Assembly (NCBI GenBank): GCA_002269645.1
Contig: NIVC01003547.1
Span: 1-64,000, forward strand
Length of the DNA: 64,000 bases
Reading direction: 5' to 3'
Origin: Macrostomum lignano
Taxonomy: Eukaryota
The notes beneath the pieces are model-generated. The model searched no databases. It was not told where the DNA came from and saw only the letters and a list, made by a program, of their open reading frames with translations. The position numbers were made by a program, and so were the translations under genes. Position 1 is the first letter of the stretch; every line of letters starts with the position of its first letter. This document shows positions 1 through 13,084 of the stretch, in pieces.

Positions 1-334
1 TAGCTTACTATAGAGAATCTTTAGTAAGGCTGCACATTTTCAGAGTGCTACAACCGTCCGAGAATATCAAATTTACATGTAGCTTGTAGACTTAAACGGG
101 CAGGCAGCCTGAATACTAGCTGGGGCCCAGATCTAATTTCCTTGGCTGCTATGTATCGAGGCTATACTCAAGTGTAAATATTGTGCTCGGGGGCGCTGTC
201 TGTAAATTGAGGGTGTGACTGTCGTAAAAAGTCAATGGGGCGCCGCCCCCCTCAAATTATACTCAACTGCAATCGAGGACCGGATGTACTATAGGTCAGG
301 TGGCCAATTAAAAACCCAGGAAAAGAATATTGTT

Positions 335-1697
335 GTGGCACTGAAATCTTGTCTGTAGCACTGAAATCTTGTCTGTAGCACTGAAATCTTGTCTGTGGCA
401 CTGAAATCTTGTCTGTGGCACTGAAATCTTGTCTGTGGCACTGAAATCTTGTCTGTAGCACTGAAATATTGTCTGTAGCACTGAACTCTTGTCTGTGGCA
501 CTGAAATCTTGTCTGTGTCACTGAAATCTTGTCTGTGCACTGAAATCTTGTCTGTGGCACTGAAATCTTGTCTGTGGCACTGAATATTGTCTGTAGCACT
601 GAAATATTGTCTGTAGCACTGAAATCTTGTCTGTGGCACTGAAATCTTGTCTGTGGAACTGAAATCTTGTCTGTAGCACTCAAATCTTGTCTATGGCACT
701 GAAATCTTGTCTGTGGCACTGAAATCTTGTCTGTAGCACTGAAATCTTGTCTGTGGCACTGAAATCTTGTCTGTGGCACTGAAATCTTGTCTGTGGCACT
801 GAAATCTTGTCTGTGGCACTGAAATCTTGTCTGTGTCACTGAAATCTTGTCTGTGTCACTGAAATCTTGTCTGTGGCACTGAAATCTTGTCTGTGGCACT
901 GAAATCTTGTCTGTAGCACTGAAATATTGTCTGTAGCACTGAAATCTTGTCTGTGGCACTGAAATCTTGTCTGTGGAACTGAAATCTTGTCTGTGTCACT
1001 GAAATCTTGTCTGTGGCACTGAAATCTTGTCTGTGGCACTGAAATCTTGTCTGTAGCACTGAAATATTGTCTGTAGCACTGAAATCTTGTCTGTGGCACT
1101 GAAATCTTGTCCATAGCATTAAAATCTTGTCCATAGCATTAAAATCTTGTCCATAGCATTAGAATCTTGTCCATAGCATTAGAATCTTGTCCATAGCATT
1201 AAAATCTTGTCCATAGCATTAAAATCTTGTCCATAGCATTAAAATCTTGTCCATAGCATTAAAATCTTGTCCATAGCATTAAAATCTTGTCCATAGCATT
1301 AAAATCTTGTCCATAGCATTAAAATCTTGTCCATAGCATTAGAATCTTGTCCATAGCATTAAAATCTTGTCCATAGCATTAAATCTTGTCCATAGCATTA
1401 AAATCTTGTCCATAGCATTAAAATCTTGTCCATAGCATTAGAATCTTGTCCATAGCATTAAAATCTTGTCCATAGCATTAAAATCTTGTCCATAGCATTA
1501 AAATCTTGTCCATAGCATTAAAATCTTGTCCATAGCATTAGAATCTTGTCCATAGCATTAAAATCTTGTCCATAGCATTAAAATCTTGTCCATAGCATTA
1601 AAATCTTGTCTATAGCATTAAAATCTTGTCCATAGCATTAAAATCTTGTCCATAGCATTAAAATCTTGTCCATAGCATTAAAATCTTGTCCATAGCA
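335..1697. repeat. 20-bp minisatellite with two sequence domains
   Basis: Unit GCACTGAAATCTTGTCTGTG/A runs to ~1110, then switches to CCATAGCATTAAAATCTTGT to ~1697. The overlapping ORFs cycle every 20 aa, as expected for a 20-bp unit. Confidence 0.97.
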
Positions 1698-2911
1698 AAA
1701 AGTTTTTCTTGACTTTTGTTAATAACGGAATTTAAGCGATCTGGTGTGCCCGCCACAGTTCTTATCAGGTGCTTATGAACTCTGATAAGATTTGTTTACA
1801 AACGTATTTTTTAAATAGCAGCCGAACCGATCCTGTCGTCTGCATTCCTCGAGTCAGCAGATGTTTGATGACGAGAGCAATATGAAAGTAGGCTTTTACA
1901 TTAGCATTTTCACGAGTATGCAGCAGCACGTTCGTTCACAACAAGACGAGCTGACAGTTAATGGGTAATAATTAATCAGCTCTTATTGATAGAAATTTTC
2001 ATTGCGCAAAGTTGAGTTGGATTTTGCTAGTTGAGTACAGGCTCCGTGTTCCTGATGTTATCCAATGACTTCCGGTCGCATATTTTGGATCTTGTTTGTT
2101 AATTTCCTTGACTAAAATCTCACTTTCTCACGTGTGTCAGAATTCAAGCCATGAGCAATGCAATAAATACACTGCGGAACAAACAGACAAAGAAGTTGCA
2201 TCTTCGCAGCGAGGAGATCGTGTTGTGTGTAATTGAGAATGGCGACGAAGACACGTCAAGTTACCAATATCCAATCATGCGATATTATATTGAGCCGAGC
2301 GAGTTGTTAATGCGCCAGCCAGTCCCGCCCGGGGCGCGATGTCAGCGAGGAATTAATCGGTGGGAATGAATTCATGCTAAATAAGCCGCGGTAATTAGGG
2401 GGGAGGTGCATGGGCGCATTTGGAAGGCGCAGGCACGCGAGGCGTGTCGAGGGCGACTGGGAGCCGGGGAAACCCGAGCCCCGACGTCCCCCCACCCCGC
2501 CCAAAGCTGGTGCCGAGTATCGCATTACAGCACATTCGCCCGGGCGGGCCCTGCGCAGGACCAGAGCAGGTTTGCAGCTTTATTTGCGCCTTCGTTAAAT
2601 GCCTGCAGCTCCGCGTCAAGTGAGAGCTGCCCGCGTCTCCACAAGCAGTTCCAACACAGGCCACCATGGCGGCCGATTGCCATGAAGAGTGTGCAGCCGG
2701 AGCCCAAGCGGTCATGCTTCCAATCTTTTAAAATGATATTCAATTCAACTTGCGAGCAATCTGTTCTATTCTAAAGCTATCTACTTTTCTTCTGCATTTA
2801 CTCAGTAGGAAGTTTGTACATATTGAAACGCTTTTAGATGTGTGAGATCCCTTTTAGTGTTTCAATTCTAGGAGTAGATGTTGGCTTTTGAGTCCTGACT
2901 AATTTTTCTTA

Positions 2912-3179
2912 TTACACCTGTCCTAATGGCCAGATGTGCAACCGACAGCTCAGCCGCAGCTATTGCGCAGCGCATCTGAAGGCTGCTTACGGCTGTTCAG
3001 TCCAAGGACTGGGGGTCACCACACACCCTCAATTACCCCAGCTAATGCTGGCACCTATTTTACAGCTGGGTGAACTGAAGCATGGCAGAGTTAAGTGTCT
3101 TGCTCAAGGGCACAAATTGTTTCGAGTGGATCGAGAATCGAACCCCCGACCTTTTGAGTCGTGAGTCCTCTAACCACTA
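2912..3179 (-). mobile_element. tRNA-derived SINE with CORE-like domain (family 1, copy 1)
   Basis: The minus strand has an A box (TAGTGGTTAG) and a B box (GGTTCGATTC), followed by TGTGCCCTTGAGCAAGACACTTAACTCTG...CTGTAAAATAGG, which resembles the MIR/CORE domain. A second copy lies at 60044-60325. Confidence 0.85.
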
Positions 3180-4235
3180 TCGAATCTACTATTATCTAGG
3201 ATTGAAGTCCCAAGGCTCCACTGCCCCATGAATAGCGTGCAGGAAATAATAATTGATAGAGAAATGCAAATTCTGACTTCCATGCCCCCCAGGCCGGAAG
3301 CTGGCCCTACTCTGAAGAAGCCGGAAGGTCGAGCAGTGGGGGCATCGAAGATCCTTAGATTGAGATAGCCATGATGGATCTCATGGCCCGGATTGAACGG
3401 AGGAACTTCTTTCAAACCGCTAACGACCAGAACGCGTGCTCATGAGCTGTGCATGCATAGTTTTGGAGGAGTATCGCTGCTGGGGGGGGCGAATGCTTGG
3501 TCTCCCCCTGACAGAGGCAGCAGGAGAAAGGAGGCCAGTGCAAGGGATAAGGAATCGGGGGCAGAGGGAATCGGGGTGGGTTTAAGCCGGGGTGCGGCCG
3601 GGATGGGCCGCCAAGGGGTGGGATCAGGCGGGGCCCGGATGTTGCCGGGGAAAAAGGCGCACACAGCGCATCTCTGTCCGGCTGGCTGCTCAAAAATTGG
3701 CCAATTCAGCTGGAAGTCGATAGCCACAGCCAGCACGCCGCATCTACCGATCCCTTGACCGTCCTTGCGTCAGTCTACATCAATTCATCGCGGCTACTCC
3801 TCCGAAACCTTCTGGCGACAAAGGATTCACTCCCTGATTCGAGCTAATGCTTACTGTTTCTCCCCACCCCCCCCACATAACCTGCGTTTTTGTTGGTACG
3901 TCCTACTGCCTGCTCCGTCTCACCATTGGCTGGGCGGTGGGTCGCACGGCCAGAGCTCATGGTCTCGAGTGAAGATAAAAGTTGACACGCCTGCACTGCC
4001 AGGCTTCATATTATAGCTTTCAACTTTGCAATTTCTATTCATGCAGGGCAGCTTGAGGGTAAGTTTCCTTTGCTTCTGTTGCTCAATGCTCAGTCGCTAA
4101 GGAGAGAATTGTAGTAAGCGAAACCGCCTTCATCCTTAACCGCTGTCCGGACCAAACTGCTATGCGCGACCGCTCCCACGCTTTGGACGGAGGACTGTTA
4201 AGGGCGAGGCTCGCTTGGTTCGGCTGGACTCTCTC

Positions 4236-4870
4236 TCCCCAGACTCTCACTCAGACTCTCACCCCAGACTCTCACGTACCCCAGACTCTCACCCAAGATT
4301 CTCACCTCAGACTCTCATCCCAGACTCTCACCCCAGACTCTCACCCCAGACTCTCACCCCAGACTCTCACCCCAGACTCTCACCCCAGACTCTCACGTAC
4401 CCCAGACTCTCACCCAAGACTCTCACCCCAGACTCTCACCCCAGACTCTCACCCCAGACTCTCTCTCCCCAGACTCTCACCCCAGACTCTCACCCCAGAC
4501 TCTCACCCCAGACTCTCACCCCAGACTCTCACCCCAGACTCTCACCCCAGACTCTCACGTACCCCAGACTCTCACGTACCCCAGACTCTCACGTACCCCA
4601 GACTCTCACCAAGACTCTCACCTCAGACTCTCACCCCAGACTCTCACCCCAGACTCTCACCCCAGACTCTCACGTACCTCAGACTCTCACCCCAGACTCT
4701 CACGTACCTCAGACTCTCACCCCAGACTCTCACCCCAGACTCTCGCCCAAGACTCTCACCTCAGACTCTCACCCCAGACTCTCACCTCAGACTCTCACCC
4801 CAGACTCTCACCTCAGACTCTCACCCCAAACTCCCACTCCAGACTCTCACCCAGACTCTCACCCTAACTC
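4236..4870. repeat. 14-bp minisatellite (CAGACTCTCACCCC)n with variants
   Basis: Directly visible; the ORFs cycle every 14 aa. Confidence 0.97.
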
Positions 4871-6325
4871 AAAGATGGGTAAAATTTCCTGATTCAAAGA
4901 TAGTGAGCGGGTAGCTAAAGAAACTGGTGCCCTTGAACATATCTCCATGTCAATAATCACTTGATAGATATCCAGGTAGTCTGGCCATCGACTATGCCTA
5001 TGAACTCTGGGTTACTTTCCTGCCTAGTTCATGATGCGGTCTGTGCCCCTTAACTCACTTGATTCTTTGCTTTTACTGGCTCAGCTTCAGCTTCAGTTTC
5101 AGCTCCTTCATTAACTCTATTATTTATTAGTCATGAGTCAGTCATTTCACAAGAAGTATAGTAGAGGCATCTAAAATATCTATTTAAAAGCATCGTCAAA
5201 CTACTACTAGTAGACAGTCGCCAATGAAATAAAAAATGCACCGTTGATTCAAAAAAGTTAATAAAAAACAATGATTTATCCTACGACACGAATCAGAATA
5301 GGGAGGAGAGATTTACTGGGAGGCTTTAAGGGAATTTGACAGGCGATGCACGGCCCGTTAGACATGCGAGAGTGGAGGCTCGCTCAGTCAGTGGAAGTCT
5401 TCAATTTAGTAGCGTTTGGGAAAACAGTATGGAAAATGTCTATAGCAGCTATTCACGCAGATCGAAGGACTCAAATTGAGGCGGGGGTGGGTCAGCCGTG
5501 GGGGTCTGTTGGCCATCGATCGGGCCAAAATCAAACTGGAGCGCTTGAACTGCTTGCCAGCGATCGAGTGCCTCTGTCTGCACGGGGTAGCAACATGGAA
5601 ACGACCTCTCTACTCGATAAATTCCAGTGCTCAACTACTGTTCTGCAGCTCGCATTCTGCGTTCTCTCTCTCTGTCTCTCTATCTTTAGCCGGTGCTTTT
5701 TGTGTTGCAGAAATTTTACAAAAAACAAACGTCTGCATTTTGTTAATTCGATTTCGAGTTAAGGCAAGCTCTGGTGAGAAATCAATACATCTATGTTTTA
5801 CATTTGTTTCCAAATTTTGAGCTCCTTTTACCTCCAGTGCCAGATAAAGAATTCATTGTATGACTGCAGGCCAGAACAGGGGAGAGAAGATAGTCAAAGG
5901 GAATAGAGAAAAGGGAAGAGCGATAGAAGAGATGAGAAGCGGAGAAACAAAATAGAAGAGGAGGGGAGAGAAAGGAGAAGGGAAAAGAGAAGACGTTATT
6001 AGAGACACAAGACACATAGCTACTGCGAAGTTATCAAATATGCAGTGTAGTGAAGCAACCCACTTTCACTTTAGGAGCATTGGGTGCGGCACAATGAACC
6101 GAATGCGACCGGACACCCCGAAGCCAGGGTTGGTGAGTAAAATCTTCACATATTTTCAATTCTATAATATCGATCATATGGAATGTTCAACTACTTCTGT
6201 TTCACTCTCATTGTATACCAGAAGTGAAAGTTTTTACACCATTTTTGTTGCTTTTCAAATTGTCTTCAATGTGGTACTACGAGTAGTATGCAACGCAAAA
6301 TGTAAAAGTTGATGATTTTGACTGC

Positions 6326-6761
6326 AAGCACAGCAGTGCTGCACACACTGGCACAGCAGTGCTGCACACACTGGCACAGCAGCGCTGCACACACTGGCAC
6401 AGCAGTGCTGCACACACTGGCACAGCAGTGCTGCACACACTGGCACAGCAGTGCTGCACACACTGGCACAGCAGTGCTGCACACACTGGCACAGCAGTGC
6501 TGCACACACTGGCACAGCAGTGCTGCACACACTGGCACAGCAGTGCTGCACACACTGGCACAGCAGTGCTGCACACACTGGCACAGCAGTGCTGCACACA
6601 CTGGCACAGCAGTGCTGCACACACTGGCACAGCAGTGCTGCACACACTGGCACAGCAGCGCTGCACACACTGGCACAGCAGTGCTGCACACACTGGCACA
6701 GCAGTGCTGCACACACTGGCACAGCAGTGCTGCACACACTGGCACAGCAGTGCTGCACACT
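6326..6761. repeat. 23-bp minisatellite (CACAGCAGTGCTGCACACACTGG)n, ~19 copies
   Basis: Near-perfect copies; the ORFs cycle every 23 aa. Confidence 0.97.
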
Positions 6762-7337
6762 AGACTTTTGAGACGATAATAATTGTACCTAAAAAATATT
6801 TCCACAATTTTTGTTGCTGAATCAATGCGTCAGAAAATAAAGCACTAATATTGCCTCTCTGCAGCCAGCAAGAAAGCAGTTGCAGAACTACCAAAGTAAT
6901 TCAAACTTGTTTCCAACCCCGCTGCTGCTTCCTTTGCAAGCCTGGCATGCAGTGAGCTGGCGTGATTAGGTGCGATTGAGCTGCTCGGCTGAGCCACCTG
7001 TCGAGACCCTCGCCGGTGACACGCAAGAGATCCCTACAAATATTCCACAAGCGGTCAATTTATTACCTTATATTCCCGCCGATTCCGGCACGGAACTACT
7101 CGAGTAAACTGTAATAAAGCCCATTTGCCATGCAACATGCCATGAAGCTCGCCTTTGCACTGACCCACTGTAGCATTCGAACTGCTCGACTCAGTCTCAA
7201 ATCTCGCGTAAATATTTTTTCGTTTAACTTTAAAAAGGTTTGATAACTGACGAAAATAGTTCAGAAAAATATCGCAGAGATGAGAGAGTGCAATGGGAAA
7301 GCAATGTTTATTGGCTAGCTGGAATATCTGTCCGTGT

Positions 7338-7593
<256 letters not shown>

Positions 7594-7899
7594 GTCTATT
7601 CGTTAGGAGTATTTCATTATTACTTCTCTGTGTCGGTTCAGTTTTCCAGGAATCCAGGCTTGGAGTTGGAGCCACTTCAGTCCCTTGAGAATCGGGAGTC
7701 GCATGAAACATAATCTTGCTTCTTGTAGGTCAAGGCACCAAGGCAATCGAGAGTGCAAGTGCTGTGTTGCGTGAATCCAAGCCTCTAGCTCTAGTCTGTG
7801 TGAAATAAAGGCGGTCTGCCCTTGTCAGTGGAAAGTGTCAAATGAAATGAGACACAAATTTAGTCTCTATTTCTTAGAGTACTTCGTTTTTTCGACCAA

Positions 7900-8000
7900 T
7901 AATCGCCCTAAACAGTTTGTGGGAGTCGCCCTAAACAGTCTGTGGGAATCTCCCTAAACAGTCTGTGGGAATCGCCCTAAACAGTCTGTGGGAATCGCCC
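7900..8000. repeat. 23-bp repeat, ~4 copies (CGCCCTAAACAGTCTGTGGGAAT)
   Basis: Directly visible. Confidence 0.9.
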
Positions 8001-9467
8001 TCCGCTGTCGCAAAGAATCGCTTTAAACAGTTCCTGGAATCTGTAGTCGTGAAAACTCATACGTGTACGATTGCAAAAACCTAAGGAAGAATTCGAAACT
8101 TGCCGAACCAACTGCCTGATGTTTCGTGTGCTTCTTCTCTCTTCTTCCCTGCTGTGTAAAGTAGCTAATTTGACACCGGCAGCAACTCAGTAGCGTTCTT
8201 ACTCTTGTTTGCACAGCCAGGAACAACACACCGCCCATAGTAACTAGTTCAGGCTAAAATTGCTTCTCCTAAAAGGAGGTGATTCAAGGTGAGAAAAACA
8301 GGAATTTACCCTTCTAGATTTCCCAATTTTCTTCCGCACACAACTCAAGCAGAGCCATCAGCGGGGTGGAATGAATTCCGCTCTGCAACACGATGGGAAA
8401 TGACAAAATCTTGTTGATGCGCTGGTCCGTTCTGAGGCCATCGCTTCTCTATAGGCCTTGCACATTGCTCCGCGTCAAAGCAAATAGGGGGGGGACTCGC
8501 TCGCTTCTTGGGAAAACTGCAGTTGTGTGTGCGGTTCCTGACTCCAATGCGGATGACGCTAGTTAGCGCTAACAGCTTCCCACTTGCATCCAGCAGCCCA
8601 TCTAAGTATACATACTGTCTCCATGTACCCTGCCATCCATCTGCTCATTTCTCTGACCTATTTGCCAACTTATCTTTCTTGATTCTTCTATCTTCGGTCA
8701 GCTTCTTTATCGCTACTTTTACTCGGTTGAATTTTTAGTCAAGGTTAAATCTTTACTTTGCAGAAGCTTCTCTCTGCTTTGACTATGGCTACTTGGGCCA
8801 GATTTGTCTAGCAATATCCTGTCCATCTTACTTGGCCACGCCGCCATTCCATCCTCTGTTGAGCCCTCTTTGCGGCCAGATCCCATGAGGATCGCGGGTA
8901 TTTTCTCCAGGAGTCAGAGATGCAGCGGCGGTTGCTAGCGACTCACAATTGGCTACAGATCCCGCCTGCCTATAGTCACCGCCTCTCTCCCTCTCACTCT
9001 GTGTCTCCCGCCCTCCCGCTTGTCTTTTCCTCTCAAATAACCCCCATTGAAAGTCGCTACAGCGGCAGATCGCATCTGATTTCCTGTGTCCCCGAAGTCA
9101 GCTGCAGCAGAGTCCGTCACTGTGTATAGAATTAAAGACCAGGACAGGTCTGAGCTCTTGTCTCTAAATCTCTCTCGGTGAGTCTGTGGGATTCTAATCA
9201 ATTCTTGCTTTTTACAGTTGATCGGACAGATCAATAGAGTTTTGAGCAGCTTGAGGGAGGCTCGAATATTTGTGCTGGCTTGATCCTAATGTTCTGTTTT
9301 TTTAGTATGAACTTTACAGATTTATTCTAGACTGTCGGTTCTTGACAGTTTAAATTCGAACCAAATCTCATTGTTAAACACATGAATCACTTTGTAGCTG
9401 AAATCATTTTCATTGCGTATATCATTTTTCCGCAATGTCTAGCTGCTTTCTTTTTGGCTCGCGTGGG

Positions 9468-9950
9468 TTCAGAGATTGAGCACTCGCTCTGTGCTCAGTT
9501 CAGAGATTGAGCACTCGCTCTGTGCTCAGTTTAGAGATTGAGCACTCTCTCTGTGCTCAGTTCAGAGATTGAGCACTCGCTCTGTGCTCAGTTCAGTGAT
9601 TGAGCACTCGCTCTGTGCTCAGTTCAGTGATTGACCACTCGCTCTGTGCTCAGTTTAGAGATTGAGCACTCTCTCTGTGCTCAGTTCAGAGATTGAGCAC
9701 TCTCTCTGTGCTCAGTTCAGAGATTGAGCACTCTCTCTGTGCTCAGTTCAGTGATTGACCACTCGCTCTGTGCTCAGTTTAGAGATTGAGCACTCTCTCT
9801 GTGCTCAGTTCAGAGATTGAGCACTCTCTCTGTGCTCAGTTCAGAGATTGAGCACTCTCTCTGTGCTCAGTTCAGAGATTGAGCACTCTCTCTGTGCTCA
9901 GTTCAGAGATTGAGCACTCACTCTGTGCTCAGTTTAGTGATTGAGCACTC
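9468..9950. repeat. 31-bp minisatellite with an internal hairpin, ~15 copies
   Basis: Unit GAGATTGAGCACTCGCTCTGTGCTCAGTTCA; TGAGCAC and GTGCTCA form a 7-bp inverted repeat. Confidence 0.95.
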
Positions 9951-11654
9951 GCCCAACAAGTTTTAGTGGCAAGCAAATTTTGAGCTCAGCTGTCAGTTAG
10001 TGCAGCGAATTCTCATCTCGTAGTGACATTTTGGTCTTTTGGTGCGTCAGTCTGGGAGTGGCTTTGCTCAGACAAGGCTAGACAAATCCCTTTGCACTAA
10101 TATCACTAATTAAGTTGGAAGACGTTGGCCAGTCTGATTTTTGCCGTCCTTCGCAACTTGTAAGAAAATTTCTTGACAAAAAATCAACCATATGCATGCA
10201 AATCTTCTTGGCCAATTCTAGGAAAGTTAACCCCGCCGCTCTCGTGAGCAAACAAGCGGCTGTTAGAGCCGGCTAAACAGGCAGCTTAGCCATGCGGTAG
10301 TTTAAACTTTGAACAGGGAATTTGCGTGACAGAAGTTTGCAATGCTAGGAGATATTTGCTTTTTGGTTTCCTTTTTGAAGCAGTGGCTCAGCCCGCCTGT
10401 GCCGCTCTTTTGTTACCACTGTGTTGTGGAGACACTTTCGCTTTTTCTGGCCCCTTGACTCCATCTGTATGGGGTCTTACTCACGGGGCCTTGGCTGTGT
10501 GGCGGACCTGGAGCTGCTTCTTACAGAAAATTTAAGCCGTGAGTTCCAAGCGTAGAAATGGCGCATGCAGAAAATGAATGGTTTTGAGCTTTGTAAGCTT
10601 GGAGGTAACCACGACAGACAGGCTTGCTCTGCGCTCCCCCCCCGCCACTCATCGATTGAATTCTGGCGGAACTCCCGGCCAAGAGGTGAGTCTGGAGGGG
10701 TGGCTCCTTGGTGTAGTTTTGGACGGGGACTATAGATGAAGATGCTGCCCCCGGGGGGACAGACATGGAAAACTTTCTGTCTACTTGTTGTGGCGTGGCC
10801 CTCCGAAGAATGGCGGAGAGTTGAAATGGCGGAAGGGCGAACAGAACAGACAGTGCTGCTGCTAATTAAGTGGGTGAAGAAACTCTTTCGTTGCAATGAA
10901 GCATGAGATGAGATTTAGATGAACCGGGAGCAACCATGATAAAAATGAAGCTGGGGCCCTGATTCCTCTGCCGTCCTTAGCTCTTGTTTTGACTATCAGG
11001 TCATCCATCTCGGAAACCAGAAGCATATAATCATGCGCGATTCTGCCTCAGATCTAACTTCTCCCAACGTGTTTGCGACTCTATTCAATTCAGTCATGTC
11101 TTGAGTCGCAGCTGTCTAGAACCCGATGCATCCTGGATACGACACTATTGCGGATGAGTTGACTAGCACGATTTGATAAAGAGGTGCAGAGCGCGAGGCT
11201 TCCACCGGATGTTTCTTTTCTGGCGGTCGCTATCACACACGGTGGGAATAAGTTCTGGCCTGATCTTCTGCATGCGAAGAAATGCTGCAGGCAAGCCGCT
11301 TCAAGTCTGCTGGATTCTGGGAGCGATAGACTACGAAGAGGCGTGAGGTATAGAGAAACGATGAGACGGATGAGGAAGCACTTGAGCACGAAGAACTCAA
11401 GGTTGAAGCACACCAGTACTGAAGCAGTTGCTAGTAAAAAATATCTCTAAATTTTTCGCACGCAAATTATCCGACACTGACTCAAAAAAACACTTTTCTT
11501 GAGAGTGCTGCTTTCGCTGCCCTTTACTTTTTATTGCGCTAACAATTTTGTTTGATTAAATCGAACCAAGTTACTGTAATTCGTATTGTTCAGCTGTATG
11601 GGTCCTGCAGTTCAGTCTTTTTAAGTAGGGAGCGGACTGTAGAGATACCAGTAC

Positions 11655-12790
11655 TAAGAGATACTAGCAATAAGAGATACTAGCAATAAGAGATACTAAA
11701 GCAATGAGAGATACTAGCAATAAGAGATACTAAAGCAATGAGAGATACTAGCAATAAGAGATACTAAAGCAATAAAAGATACTAGCAATAAGAGATACTA
11801 AAGCAATGAGAGATACTAGCAATAAGAGATACTAAAGCAATAAAAGATACTAGCAATAAGAGATACTAGCAATAAGAGATACTAAAGCAATGAGAGATAC
11901 TAGCAATAAGAGATACTAAAGCAATGAGAGATACTAGCAATAAGAGATACTAAACCAATGAGAGATACTAGCAATAAGAGATACTAAACCAATGAGAGAT
12001 ACTAGCAATAAGAGATACTAAAGCAATGAGAGATACTAGCAATAAGAGATACTAGCACCAAGAGATACTAGCACCAAGAGATACTAGCACCAAGAGATAC
12101 TAGCACCAAGAGATACTAGCACCAAGAGATGCTAGCACCATGAGATACTAGCACCAAGAGATACTAGCACCATGAGATACTAGCACCAAGAGATAATAGC
12201 ACCAAGAGATGCTAGCACCATGAGATACTAGCATCAAGAGATACTAGCATCAAGAGATACTAGCACCAAGAGATACTAGCATCAAGAGATACTAGCACCA
12301 AGAGATGCTAGCACCAAGAGATACTAGCATCAAGAGATACTAGCACCATGAGATACTAGCACTAAGAGATACTAGCACCATGAGATACTAGCACCATGAT
12401 ATACTAGCACCAAGAGATACTAGCACCAAGAGATACTAGCACCAAGAGATACTAGCACTAAGAGATACTAGCACCAAGAGATACTAGCACCATGATATAC
12501 TAGCACCAAGAGATACTAGCACTAAGAGATACTAGCACTAAGAGATACTAGCACCAAGAGATACTAGCACCAAGAGATACTAGCACTAAGAGATACTAGC
12601 ACCATGAGATACTAGCACCAAGAGATACTAGCACCAAGAGATACTAGCACTAAGAGATACTAGCACCATGAGATACTAGCACCAAGAGATACTAGCACCA
12701 AGAGATACTAGCACTAAGAGATACTAGCACCAAGAGATACTAGCACTAAGAGATACTAGCACCAAGAGATACTAGCACCAAGAGATACTA
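11655..12790. repeat. 16/18-bp minisatellite with two domains
   Basis: AGAGATACTAGCAATA and AGAGATACTAAAGCAATG alternate to ~12050, followed by AGAGATACTAGCACCA-type units. Confidence 0.95.
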
Positions 12791-13084
12791 GTTCTAACGG
12801 ATTCTAGTACGTCACTTGTACAAGTGAGGCAGAACCCTATGTGCGGCATCTACATGCATATTCGCTTCAATTTTTACCATGACTTTACAGGCGTAGTTGA
12901 TTTTGGAGTCTGCTCTCAAATAAAACAAATAATTTTGCAAATTTGGGGAATAAAAATATCTTCAAAACTCGTGACCGGCTCAAATTATAACCACCCTCTC
13001 CAGCTGCAGTGTTGCGTCACCCTATTCAGCTGGTACTACCGCCTCAAACAGAACGACAGCGCATTCCAGAGCATCACAGGCACC

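Noticed and set aside
90-135. GCCTGAATAC string reminiscent of SSU rRNA
   Set aside because: The match is only ~10 nt and the flanks do not resemble rRNA.
9468-9950. CRISPR-like palindromic repeat array
   Set aside because: No unique spacers, no cas genes, eukaryotic context.
10326-11450. Medium ORFs upstream of the GPCR, including an FWPDL string reminiscent of Tc1/mariner
   Set aside because: An isolated short match with no supporting DDE context.
12824-13084. 87-aa N-terminal extension of the GPCR ORF
   Set aside because: It begins at GTG in AT-rich, non-protein-like sequence; the ATG at 13085 has strong Kozak context and gives a normal N-terminus with N-glycosylation sequons.
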